In this document: positions 1 to 10,751 of the stretch, one piece after another
Layout of the letters: each line of letters opens with the position of its first letter
Position numbering within the stretch: position 1 is the stretch's first letter
Source of the DNA: Vicugna vicugna
Taxonomy: Eukaryota
Reading direction: 5' to 3'
Assembly (NCBI GenBank): GCA_013265495.1
Contig: MU057822.1
Span: 95,133 to 159,132, forward strand
DNA: 64,000 bases
Program-made: the position numbers and the translations under genes
Notes under the pieces: generated by a model
Databases searched by the model: none
Told to the model about the DNA's origin: nothing
The model's input: only the letters and a program-made list of their open reading frames with translations

Positions 1-93
1 GAAGCCCACGTCCCAGATCCCGGAAACTGAGCAGTCCTTCTCCCCTCCTCTGGAGAGCCGGACCCGGGAGGTGGTGGGCAATGCCTTCTTCAG
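1..93 (+). CDS. MYBBP1A: MYBBP1A exon (5'-truncated by window)
   Basis: Frame from nt 2 KPTSQIPETEQSFSPPLESRTREVVGNAFF; donor AG|GTGGGC. Confidence 0.9.
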
Positions 94-3000
94 GTGGGCA
101 CTGGGCAGCTTGGAGGGGAGGTCTGAGGGTGGGCGAGCAGGTGGGAAGGGGGCCTGGGGAACACTGCCCCCTCCAGTTGTAAGCGGCAGCCCAGAGAATT
201 GGGGTGAGTCAGGGCGTGGGGGTGGAGAGAGGTGGCCGTGCTCACCAGCCCATGACACTGACTCTCCTCCCTCCAACCACCACCAGCCTGCTGCAGACCC
301 TCAGCACACAGTTCAGGCAGGCGCCGGAGCAGACCCAGGACAGGAGGCTCTGGACCCATCGCCTGGTGCAGTTTGCAGACATGCTTTTGAGCCATGGCCG
401 CAGCGTGGCTCCCCTGACGCCCTTCACCACTCAGCAGCGCCAGGCCTGGGACCGGTGAGAGGGTGTTGGGGTTTCCAGGGCATGTGCAGGGCGCTCTGGG
501 GTCTGACACTGCCTTCAGGGGCTTAAGAGTGTACCTGTCTCACCCAGGATGCTAAAGACTCTGAAGGAAGTGGACGCACGGTCCTCAGAGGCCAAGGCCA
601 AGGCTGCTGCCTTCCAGCACCTGCTACTCCTGGTGGGCATCCACCTCTTCAAGGTACAGCGGCCTGGAAGGGAGGTCAGGGACCTGGGGTCAGTGGTGGA
701 CAAGAGAGGCTCTAGGGAGTTGGAATGGGGAGGTTTCCTAGGCCAGCTGCTCCTGACTGGAGTTCCAGCTCGAACAATCACTCCACCTGCTTAGTGGGCA
801 CCAGCTACATCCGGAGTTTTCCCTGCAGCATCACTTATTTGTAATCCCCACACTTATGAGGCAGGTGCTTCTGTTTGACAGGTAGGGAAACTGAGACTCA
901 GAGAGGCAAAGTAACTTACCCCAGGCCACACAGCTGTTGGCTGGGATTCAAGCATAGGGGTCTGACTCCACTATCTCACAGGGCCTCCCCAAACTGCCTT
1001 ACTGACCAGAGGTGGTGAATGTAAAGAGAGAGGGGGCGCTGCTTCCTTCTGTCTGTCACAGTCAGTTAGAAGTAGGGTCCTGATTTTTCTGTTTAACTCT
1101 CACCCACCCGGAATCCATGGTAGTGGGTTGGGGTTAGCGTGTTTCTGTCTGGTGCTCCCCACGTGGGGTTCTGCTCCTGTCACAGTGTTCCTCGTGTTGT
1201 CACTCACGCTCCTTCTAATAACGGGTCCTCTGGAACCAGCTCTGTCTCTCTGTTCTCTCCACCAAGAAGCCTTGACCACATTTGGCGCTCACGGCAGCAA
1301 CTCTTTTGACCCTTGTGTGGTTTCCTCCTGACTCCAAACCCTGGTCTCTCTAGAAGTTTTCCTTGCGAGTTGTGTGAGGCCCTCGAACTCTTAAGGAGCC
1401 TGATTAGACAGCGCTCTCAGTTGCTCCTTCTGGCCTCGTGGCTGTGGTTTCTGCTTTCAGGCCCCGGTCACTCCAAGCCCCACTCGTAGACAAGCTGTGT
1501 GGGTGATGGATTGGCCACGCCGCCCCTTCCAATCCTTGGCACTGGGCGTCTGGAGCTTGGCTTGGGTTAGAGGTGCCCAGCCACAGCAGGGGAGCTGGAG
1601 ACATAGATGGCCAGGGCTTTGGGCCCCTGTTCTGGCCTTCATTCTGCCACTCCTGTCCCAAACATTGAAGCCACCCACCACGTTATAGGGAAGAAGTCTG
1701 CCTTTTGGGTACCATTGATCACACACGTTAATTTCAACTCACTGGTTGGTAACTGGATTCTGGGTTTATTCCCTGGCAAGATGGGCTTAAATTGGTTTCA
1801 GTTTAAACTTGTTAAAATTAATGGTTTTCAGTTCTTTTTCTGTAACGACATCAAGGCAGGTGTGGGAGGGAAAATCTAGAATTGCGAACTAGGAGGCTGG
1901 GCACCGATGGGGAAGTTGGGCGCCGTGTTCCCTGAGGGCTCTCAGGCCATGACTGCAGTTCAGTGTAAGAGGTCATCAGCTCTTGGACTCCTGGGGTCTG
2001 GCTGGGCTCCTCTGTTCTGGATGGTGAGGGTGACCAGCCAAGGCAGTGGGGAATCTTCTAAGACCTCAGATGCCAGCTCCTCTCACTTGGCTACCCCTCC
2101 CCTGGCTCAGCAAGGGCTGGGAACAGAGCCTGGCTCCTGATTTTAATCCTGCCCTACACAGTCCCCTGCAGAGAGCTGTGACCTGCTGGGTGACATCCAG
2201 ACCTGCATCAAGAAGAGCCTGGGGGAGAAGCCTCGCCGGACCCGCTCCAAGGCCACCGGTGGGTCATTGCTCCGGGGAGAGGGGCAGGGGCAGGTTCTGG
2301 GCACAGTTGGGACCCAGCATGGGGTGGTGGTGCCCTGCCCAGACTCAGCCCTCTCTCTACTTGCAGGCCTCCAGGAGCCACCGTGGGTGGAGGTGCTGGT
2401 GGAAATCCTGCTGGCTCTCCTGGCCCAGCCCAGTCACCTGATGCGCCAGGTGGCCCGGAACGTGTTTGGCCATGTCTGCTCCCACCTGACTCCACGTGCC
2501 CTGCAGCTCATCCTTGATGTAAGTCGAGGCCTTTGGGGAAGTGGGTCCCAGGATGGGGCTCTCCAAGCACCAGGCTGCACCAGGGCTGCCCCTTCACCCC
2601 TGGTCCTCACATAACCTGCACGGTGGTGAGGGCTTCTGTCAGACTCTGCCTGATACAGTGTGTGCCAAGGGGTTGTCAGGTCTAAAGGAGGTGCTAGAGG
2701 GAGTGGCCTTCTCTCCTGGGCTCTGCTTTCCTCCCCGAAACAGAGGCCTTTTGGCCAGGACTAGACGGCGTGGTCAGCAAAGGCAGTCAGCAGGGCCTGG
2801 TTGTCACAGAGCGGGTGAAGGGGCAGGATCAGTAGATGAGTCTGGAAATCCTTATAGGTCCTCAAACCTGAGGGGAGCCAGGACGAGGACGACAACATGG
2901 TGGTCATGGATGACTCTGAGCAGAAGCCACTGGAGGATGAGGAGGTACTTGCCGGCGAGGGGCAGGGCAGCTGGGCAGACGCAGTGGGCGATGGGGAGAC

Positions 3001-6000
3001 GTGACACACGGCGGCCCACCCACAGGACAAGAGCTCAGATGGCGAGGACAACAAGGGCAGTAAGAACTCGGAGAGTGAGGAGGAAAGCGATGAGGAGGAG
3101 AGCAACGAGGAGGACCTGGACGGGGACGTGGACCAGGGCTTCCGGGAGCAGCTGATGGCGGTGCTGCAGGCAGGGAAGGCGCTGGTGAGCAGGCGCCCGG
3201 CCGGGGCTCCTGGGTCCATCTGCCCACACGCGGCCAGGCTGCTCACAGCGTCTGTCCCTCAGGGCGGAGCGGACGGCGAGGATGATGAGGAGGAGGAGCT
3301 GGGGGATGAGGCCATGATGGCCCTGGACGAGAACCTGGCCAGCCTCTTTGCCGAGCAGAAGCTGCGCATCCAGGCCCGGAGGGACGAGAAGAACAAGCTG
3401 CAGAAGGAGAAGGTGCTCCGGCGGGACTTCCAGATCAGGGTGAGCCTGCAGCTGCCCACCGGACCACCGTGGTCCTCGGGTCTAGTCGCCCCACCTTTGC
3501 TCCCATCCCCACACCTGGCTGAGCCCACCCATTGCGGCCGCAGGTCCTGGACCTGATTGAAGTGCTGGTGACGAAGCAGCCCGAAAACCCCCTGGTCCTG
3601 GACCTGCTAGAGCCGCTGCTGCTCATCATCCGGCGGAGCATGCGCACCAGCAGCACCAAGCAGGAGCAGGACCTCCTGCACAAGACGGCCCGCATCTTCA
3701 CGTGAGCGCCATGGGCACCGGGGAAGCCGAGCCTCTGGGGCTTCCCAGATGGAAAGGGTGGGAGCCAGGATCCCTGAGTGGGCCTCCTTGGCTGCCCTAG
3801 GGGGCACACTTCACTAGTTGTCACGCAGCCCTCGTTCATCCATCTGTCCTGCGACTATCAGCACAGGGTCTGTATCAGACCCACAGTCCTTGGGGCCCCC
3901 TAGTCCCAGCCCTGCTTTCATGGTCACTGCGGTTGGGAAACCAGACTGGTCGCCAGCAGTGACGTCCTGGGGCTGTAGTAGGGAGTGGATAGGAAACAGT
4001 GGAGACACCTAACTCAGTCTTGAGGTGCCAGAAAAGGCCCCCTGGGAGAGGTGTCAGCAATACTGGGAGCTGTAGAGCTAGTCAGGCCCAGAGGCCACAG
4101 GCAGGGGAGGAAGGCATGTCCAGAAGGAAGCTAGTCAAATGCAACGGGAACAGAAGAGGCCTTGTGGCCCAGGCCTGGCAGGATCGGGGCCCTCATAGGT
4201 ATTCACACCAAGACATGGGCAGGGCGCGGGGCTGGTTTGTCTTTTAGGAAAGGTGTAGCAGGGTGGGCTGTGCTCGAGCACATAATGAGAGACGAAGCAG
4301 GTGGCAAATTGAGCCGTGCCTTCCAGAGAGCAGAGAGGGTGGCGGAGACAAAGGCTCAGGAGTTGAGAGGCCAAGTGTACAGCACAGGGTGGGTGAGGAG
4401 GGCCGGATGCCCCCCTCCCCTGCTGGCCCCAGGTCACTTCTTCGCTAGTTCTCCCCGCCACCTGCTTGGGCGATGTTGAGTTTGTTGAGTATCCTGTCTC
4501 TCATCTCAACTCTGCCCAGCCACCCAGGGTGCTGAGCACACAGACCCTGGTTTTGCTTTACAAAGGGCCTGGGAGTCACTGTCCCCCAAGAGACAGGTGC
4601 AGGGGGGAGATGTGAAGCAAGGGGGGGTGTTGGTCCATTGTGGAGCCTCACCCAGGGAGGCCTGTTCTCCTCTGGCTTTTCCTCAAGGCAGATCCACATG
4701 TGGCCCTGGGCCTCCTCCAGCAGCTTTAATCAGACCCCTTTCTTTATGTGTCTGTTTCCTGCCTGTGAAATGGGATCCGGGGTGCCAACTCTGGGGCTTG
4801 GCTCTGCTTGGCAGGGAGCAAGGCAGGGAGAGGACGTTGTAGCCAGCTCTGCCCGCTTCCTCTCCACAGGCACCACCTGTGCCGCTCCCGGCATTACTGC
4901 CGCGACCTGGGCGACCGCGTGGAGACTCTGTATACGCAGCTAGAGCAGCTGGTGCAGCAGGCCGGCCACCAGGCTGACTCCTCCATCTCCCTCTACTACT
5001 TCAACGCTGCCCTCTACCTGCTCCGGGTCCTGAAGGGCAACACTGTGGACAAGTCCACCCACAAGGCCCAGAAGAAGGAGAAAGCCAGCGCTGACACCAG
5101 CACCCAGCCCCAGGGCCCAGAGGTGAGCAGGCCCTGGCCCGGGAAGACTTGGCCTGGAAAGTCCAGTGTCCACAGATGGGAGCGTGTCCCAGGCGGCGGT
5201 GGGACCATCCCCTCGCTTCACAGATGGGGAGTTGAGGCCGAGCCTTCCTTGGGACCCAGCTTCCAGCCTTCTGAAGGCAGCCAGGCTCTGCCCCCATGTC
5301 AGGGGCCCCTACCCCTGGCATCACAGCAGCTCTCTCTCACCTGGCCCAGGCTGCCAGCTGCTTGGATTTGAGCCTCGTGACCCCGGTCTATTCATCTGCA
5401 CTGAGCTCCTTCCTGACCAAGCGCAACAGCCCGCTCACCGTCCCGATGTTCCTCAGCCTCTTCACCCGGCACCCGGTGAGTGTCGGGCCAGGCCACCCCT
5501 GTGGGGCCCCCGCTTGGGCCCAGCCCTCACAGCCGCCTCACAGCCCTGTCTTTCTCTCCCCAGATGCTCTGTAAGAGCCTGCTCCCCATCGTGGTCGAGC
5601 ATGTGGCAAGCCCCACACGGTCCCGCCATCAGGTAAGGGGCTGCCCATATCCCAGTCCAGGGCCTGTTTGAGTTACCCTCTTGACTCATCTCTGGCTGGC
5701 TGTTCGCGAGGCCCAGGAATGCTGCCCTGGGGGGCGGAGGGTGGGCCTTGCCCCTCTGCCCTGGCCAGCGCCACCCACCCCACCCCCGACTATAGGCCCA
5801 GAGTAGCTGAGGGTGGGGGACACTTCCCACATGCCCCGGGCCCTCTGGCTTCTCAGAGCTCATGCTCTGGCCTGCACGGGGGAAGCCTGGGGGCTGGAGA
5901 AGTTGGAGGAAGCTGCACCGAGTAGTAGAGGGCCAGGTCTCCCACCTGCCAGAGGAAATGGGGCAGGAGCAGTTGGTTGCTGAGCCCAGAGCTTCTGTGG

Positions 6001-8365
6001 TGACAACCCAGGGAGCTTGGACCCAGAGCAGCAAGCAGGCAGCTCCCCCCCACATAGCCTAGAGTTTTCTCAGCCTGCTCGGGTGCCCAGCAGGCTCCCA
6101 GAGCTCATGGGGTCCCCCTGTAGTTCCCTAAGCCTTGGCCCCACATGCCAGGGCTGCTGGTCACCACACTGTCCCCCACCCCAGGCCCAGGCCTGCCTGC
6201 TGCTCCAGAAGACCCTGCCCACACGGGAGCTGAGACTGTGCTTCAAGGACCCTGAGTGGGAGCAGCTGATGGGTCAGATCCTGGCAAAGGTCACTGAGGT
6301 AACAGCCACGGGGGACCCCCACGCACACCCCCACCTGCAGTAGTTCTCTGGGACCTGAGGGCTGAGAATTGCTGGTACTCCGCACCTCGGGTGGGTTTGG
6401 TGTTTCTTCCCTCGGGGCCTTCGTCTCTGACGTGGGAGACAGGAAGGCCTCGGGCAGCTCTCCGGAGTGGCTCAGCCTGGCCGCCTTCTCCCTAGAACCT
6501 GCGGACACTGGGTGAGGCTGAGACCAAGTCGGAGCAGCAGAAGGAGCTGTCCTCCTTGGAGCTGCTCAACACTCTCCTCAAGAACATTCATCATGAGGTG
6601 AGCTTTGGGCTCAGGAGGGAGGTCACCAGGCCGAGCAAGCAGCCTGAGCAAAGGTCTGGGGGCAGGTGGGGAGCCACGTGAGGAAGGTTCTGGATGGCGA
6701 GGTGAGGAATCTGGGCTTTTTTTTTTTTGTAATCTGGGAGAGGAGAGTGTCGCACCCATGCCTGGCCAGTTGCTACTACTGAGCTCCAGTAAGAAAGCTG
6801 AGAAGGGGCGGGAGCGCTGGCCACCGCGAGAGGCGGCGATGGAGATGCCTGGTGGGCAGCTGTTAGGAGGAAGCCCAGGTGTCCAGGGCTGCGAAGTGGG
6901 GGGTGCTGGTGGGCCGTCAGGGTGGGGGCCCAGAGGCAGCTGTGGGTGAGTAGTTCCCCCCAGGTCTGGCCCAAAGGGAAAGGTTTGGGGGTTCTTAGTG
7001 TAGACACTGGTCAAAGCCCAGGTGCGGGGTAAGCTCGCCAAGAGGGCGCGGCAGCGGGGAGACGGGGCCAGGGCTTTGAGAATGGCAGGTGGGCTTGAAA
7101 AGCTGTGCTCAGAGTGGTAGTAAAAACCAGCAGAGGGGTGTTCTGGAGGCCTATGGGTTTCAGAAATAACCCACTCAGTACATGACAGGGATGGGGAGAT
7201 GGGAAGCAGGGCTTTGGTGACCATGACGTCACTACGTGGTGCCTTCCATGGTGGGAGGGCCTCCTGGCTGTGGGAGAAGAGAACAGAACCTGGCACCTGG
7301 GCCTCTGTCCCTCCTGGGGTAAAAGACTAGTTAGTGATTTACGGCAGAAGGAGTGGCTGAGGGGCCACAAGGGGGGGGGTGTGGGCTCCCAGAAGGCGTG
7401 AACTGGGCAAGGGTGGGAGGATAGGGACCGGTGGCCAGGGAGAGGCCTCTGGTCACCGCTACAGCCACAGCCTTCCCGCCCCTCTGTAGAAGCTGACCGT
7501 GGACCTGACCGCCACCCTGGGCGTGCTGCAGAGCCAGCAGCAGAGGCTGCAGCAGGGGGAGCACCCGACCGGGTCCAGCCGCCTCCACGACTTGTACTGG
7601 CAGGCCATGAAGGTCCTCGGAGTCCAGTACGTTAGGGATGGGGGCTCCCACCTTGGGAGGGGCTGGGAAGTCCTCATGCTGCCCGTGTTCTGATGTGCAC
7701 ACCCCACCATGAGAGCTCTGGGCAGCTTGGGGACCACAGAGGCTGAAGTCATTTTGCCCTCTCCGCATGCTTCCTTACTTTGCTCACTTCCTCCTAGGCG
7801 CCCCAAGTCAGAGAAGAAGGATGCCAAGGAAGTCCCTAAGGACGTGCAGAGCCCCGTTAGCCTGAAGCGCAAGAAAAAGGGGTTCTTGCCAGAGACCAAG
7901 AAGCGCAAGAAACGCAAGTCTGAGGGTGCCACGCAGGAGGAGGGTGCCAAGCCCGCAGCCACTGATGGGACTCAGCCCCCCAGCACTGGCAAGAAGAAGA
8001 GAAACAAGATGAAGTCCAAGGTCCCAGCCCAGTCCCAGGTGAATGGGACGCCACCTACCAAGAGTCCAGCCCCTGACCCTCCTGCCACGAGCCCCGACAT
8101 CCCTGCCAAGACCTCAAAACCACAGAAGAAAAATCGGAAGTTGTCCCAGGTAAATGGAGCCACCCCTGTGTCCCCTGTGTCCCCCACGGAGCCGGCTGGC
8201 AAAAAGCATCAGAAGAATCTGCCCAAAAAGGGGGTCTCGGGCAAGTCACCGCAGTCCGTGCTGCCACGGAGGAAGGCCAGGTTGTCTCTGGCCAGCAGGA
8301 GCCCCAGCCTCCTCCAGAGCGGGGCCAAGAGGAAGGCCCAGCTGAGAAAGGTGAGGAAGCTCTGA
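1..8365 (+). CDS. MYBBP1A: Myb-binding protein 1A, 3' part (16 coding exons, probably exons 11-26; 5' part outside window)
   Basis: Spliced exons <1-93, 287-454, 548-653, 2162-2258, 2367-2518, 2858-2944, 3026-3184, 3263-3439, 3544-3701, 4870-5122, 5350-5475, 5564-5632, 6185-6298, 6496-6597, 7490-7626, 7798-8365. All introns are GT-AG and phases join into one frame. Peptides (AAAFQHLLLLVGIHLFK, EPPWVEVLVEILLALLAQPSHLMRQVAR, acidic tract, basic C-terminal KRKKKGFLPETKKRKKRK) match recalled MYBBP1A. Confidence 0.96.
287..454 (+). CDS. MYBBP1A: MYBBP1A exon
   Basis: caccag| acceptor; LLQTLSTQF...QRQAWDR; donor CG|GTGAGA. Confidence 0.93.
548..653 (+). CDS. MYBBP1A: MYBBP1A exon
   Basis: cccag|; MLKTLKE...LLLLVGIHLFK; donor AAG|GTACAG. 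Confidence 0.93.
870..970 (-). mobile_element. MIR
   Basis: GGGAAACTGAGACTCAGAGAGGCAAAGTAACTTACCCCAGGCCACACAGCT core. Confidence 0.7.
2162..2258 (+). CDS. MYBBP1A: MYBBP1A exon
   Basis: acacag|; SPAESCDLLGDIQTCIKKSLGEKPRR; donor G|GTGGGT. Confidence 0.93.
2367..2518 (+). CDS. MYBBP1A: MYBBP1A exon
   Basis: ttgcag|; QEPPWVEVLVEILL...LQLILD; donor |GTAAGT. Confidence 0.95.
2858..2944 (+). CDS. MYBBP1A: MYBBP1A exon
   Basis: ttatag|; VLKPEGSQDEDDNMVVMDDSEQKPLEDEE; donor GAG|GTACTT. Confidence 0.88.
3026..3184 (+). CDS. MYBBP1A: MYBBP1A exon (acidic region)
   Basis: cacag|; DKSSDGED...DVDQGFREQLMAVLQAGKAL; donor |GTGAGC. Confidence 0.93.
3263..3439 (+). CDS. MYBBP1A: MYBBP1A exon
   Basis: cctcag|; GGADGEDDEEEELGDEAMMALD...RRDFQIR; donor |GTGAGC. 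Confidence 0.94.
3544..3701 (+). CDS. MYBBP1A: MYBBP1A exon
   Basis: cgcag|; VLDLIEVLVTKQPENPLVLDLLEPLL...KTARIF; donor AC|GTGAGC. Confidence 0.94.
4870..5122 (+). CDS. MYBBP1A: MYBBP1A exon
   Basis: ccacag|; HHLCRSRHYC...YYFNAALYLLRVLKGN...GPE; donor GAG|GTGAGC. Confidence 0.94.
5350..5475 (+). CDS. MYBBP1A: MYBBP1A exon
   Basis: cccag|; AASCLDLSLV...FLTKRNSPLTVPMFLSLFTRHP; donor |GTGAGT. Confidence 0.94.
5564..5632 (+). CDS. MYBBP1A: MYBBP1A exon
   Basis: ccccag|; MLCKSLLPIVVEHVASPTRSRHQ; donor CAG|GTAAGG. Confidence 0.93.
6185..6298 (+). CDS. MYBBP1A: MYBBP1A exon (alternative in-frame acceptor at 6191)
   Basis: ccccag|GCCCAG|GCC; (AQ)ACLLLQKTL...LAKVTE; donor GAG|GTAACA. Confidence 0.9.
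6496..6597 (+). CDS. MYBBP1A: MYBBP1A exon
   Basis: ccctag|; NLRTLGEAETKSEQQKELSSLELLNTLLKNIHHE; donor |GTGAGC. Confidence 0.93.
7490..7626 (+). CDS. MYBBP1A: MYBBP1A exon
   Basis: ctgtag|; KLTVDLTATLGVLQ...LHDLYWQAMKVLGV; donor CA|GTACGT. Confidence 0.92.
7798..8365 (+). CDS. MYBBP1A: MYBBP1A terminal coding exon (Lys/Arg-rich nuclear/nucleolar localisation region)
   Basis: tcctag|; RPKSEKK...KRKKKGFLPETKKRKKRK...SRSPSLLQSGAKRKAQLRKVRKL; TGA at 8363-8365. Confidence 0.95.
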
Positions 8366-8419
8366 ACACCAGCCCTGCCCCACTCACCCTAGAGACTCCG
8401 ATTTTTTCATCGCAATTTT

Positions 8420-8425
8420 GATAAA
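8420..8425 (+). terminator. Candidate MYBBP1A polyadenylation signal (variant GATAAA)
   Basis: GATAAA 55 nt after the stop, preceded by U-rich sequence. A canonical + strand AATAAA also occurs at 8673-8678. Confidence 0.5.
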
Positions 8426-8574
8426 CCAGTCTGAGGTACCACTTCCAGCACTGTGGGGAGAGGGCCTGCCGCCAGCCCCCCGAGAGGTCCCGATGCGCTG
8501 GTGTTTGGGTGGGTTAGGATGACCCCGCCTCGTGCCCCCTCCCCACCCTTAGGCTGCTTTGCTGCAGGAGCCAC

Positions 8575-10178
8575 CAGGGCATGATTTAAATAGCTTTATT
8601 TCTTCATTTACAAGAGGAATATATTTGGCTTCTCTCTTAAGACTCTGAGATTCACAATCAGCAGCTCTAAAAAATAAAGGAGCAGTTTGGCTTCCGGAAG
8701 GAAGAGGAAGCAACACACAGACCTGGTTCTTGTACAACAAGAAAACATTGCTGGGGCCCCAGTTGAGGCCGGGGTGGGAGTGGAGGCCAGGCTGGTCTTT
8801 GGGGGATCCCACCCCTCCCTAGTCAGGCCCCGCAGGGTGCCCCAGAGCTTGATGGGGAGTGGGTATTCCACCAGTTTACCCACCACTGAAGCCATGCCAG
8901 CAACTACAGGCAGAGAGCTTGAAGCTGGCTCTGAGAGACTCCTGCTGGCCACAGGGGCGTCCCCAGACCAGAACCACCTTGATTCCAGTGAAGGTACAGG
9001 GAGGGAGTGTGTGGAGCAGAGAGGATGGTTAAGTTCCACCCCAGGGGCCGGCAGCCTGGTGTGAAGTTGGCAGCTGCACCCTGGTGCGTGGCGACTAGGG
9101 AGGCATGGTCAGAGGCTGGGTGAGTCCTGGGCTGTGGGGGAAGCAGCAGCCGGTGTTTGCATGGAGGTGGCTCAGGGCGTTGGCCTCTCCCCATGGGCCT
9201 CAACCTCTACCAGGCTAATCCCTGGGACAGGAAGCTTAGTGGATGGCTGCTTCCTCTGGCAGCCAGAGCCCTGGCTGCTGCCCCATGGATTCTGGGAACA
9301 GTCCCCTGTGCCCTGCCCCTGGAAAGGGGCCCAGCCTGGGGGCAGGAGTCAGTTCCTGGCTTCTGTGGGGGGGGTCATGGAGGAGATGGACAGTAGGGTG
9401 CTACAGTGGATCCAAGGAGCCCTGTTAGGGGTGGGGAACCCCCAAAGGTCTCAAGCCTGGGGCACAGGTGGTCTGTCTTTGTCACCAAGGCCTTCACCCC
9501 TGGTGATGCCCACTCCAAGTCTGGGGATGGTCCCCACCTGGGAGACCTCCAGGCTGAGCTGACAGCCAGCTCAAGGTAGGGAAGACAGCTGTCCTCCAGA
9601 GTGACCAGCCTGGCTGGAAGTGCCCAGTCCAACATCCCCGAGGTCAGAGGCTTAGCTGAAAAGCTGTAGTCCTCACGGGCCAGGCCCTTAAGGGCGCCTC
9701 AGAGCCTGAAGCGCCGCCCTGCAGCCTGGGCCACCCTTTCTCTGTGCAGTCCATGGGCTGTTGGATCTTCCAAGCTGCAGATAGTGCCTTGCCCAGCAAG
9801 CTGGGTAGGAAAATCCAGCCCCCTGGCCCCACGGTCTGGCGAGGGCAGAGACGTCCCCAGGATCACATAGGCCGAGGACAGGCCAGCCTCTCCCCATGCA
9901 CCCACCGGGGTCTGTCTTCTTCCTGGGCCCCAGGACTCCTGCAGCCCAGACCCAGGCCTGGGAGTCTAACAGCGTGGCTCCAACAGACATAGCCTTCCAG
10001 GTCAGTCGAGGACATGGCCTCTGGGAGCCACGGCCACTCAGCAGTCCCAGACCAGAGCCGGTGGGTGCCCCGCTGTGGGTCACACGGAAAGCTTCGGGAC
10101 AGCCCAGCAGGGCCGGGATGCCGTGGGACACCTCCCAGACTAGGTAGGAGCAAGGGTTCTTCGTTGTCCCAGCGGCAC
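8575..10178 (-). other. SPNS2: SPNS2 terminal non-coding exon (3'UTR, ~1.6 kb)
   Basis: Minus-strand pyrimidine tract and acceptor ccctccctccag|GTGCCGCTGGGACAACGAAGAACC, resembling the recalled human 3'UTR start; ends at AATAAA. The 3' end is approximate. Confidence 0.75.
8595..8600 (-). terminator. SPNS2 polyadenylation signal AATAAA
   Basis: TTTATT on + strand at the end of an AT-rich terminal segment of the SPNS2 3'UTR. Confidence 0.8.
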
Positions 10179-10751
10179 CTGGAGGGAGGGGGTCAGAGAT
10201 CAGAGGTAGGGGCCAGTTCCAGAGTTTCCCTCCTACACATTCCTCGCTGTTTGGAGAAACCGGCCTTTCTCCGCTTTGGTGGCAGGAAGGGTCTACTGGA
10301 GCCAAGGCGTGGGGGCAGTGACCTTAGATCTTGCACTGCTGGGAAGCTGCAGCCCCCAGAGGCCAGGCCCAGAGAACGGTCCAAGTAGTTGTCGGGACCT
10401 GGCACTTGGAGGAGGATTCCGGAGGACAGAATCCGGAACAGAGCAGGGAGTTCCTGGCCCGTCCATCCCTGACCTATGCCCCCAGCCCTTCTAAGAAGGG
10501 GGAGCCAATTTACTGGAAGAGGGAGCCTGCCTCCCTTGCCCTGGATCCACCAGTCAATTCAGGCAACATTTCGGGAGGAAGAGGACCAAACCCAGGGTTG
10601 GGATGTGCTTGGGCAGGTGACTCATGAGGAACTGCCCCTGCTTCCAGAATCTCCCCCATCATGAGCCGAATGCTCCCCCTCTGTGCTAACCCCGCCCCTT
10701 CCCTCCCCCAAGGAGTCCCACCCTCAGCTCCCCTGGCCTGCACTCACCGCC

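Noticed and set aside
2945..3025. Frame-preserving retention of the 81-nt MYBBP1A intron
   Set aside because: Contains an in-frame TGA (3002-3004)
6472..7296. 274-aa minus-strand ORF in MYBBP1A
   Set aside because: Non-ATG start, Pro/Ser-rich, antisense to an intron and exon, no recognisable domain
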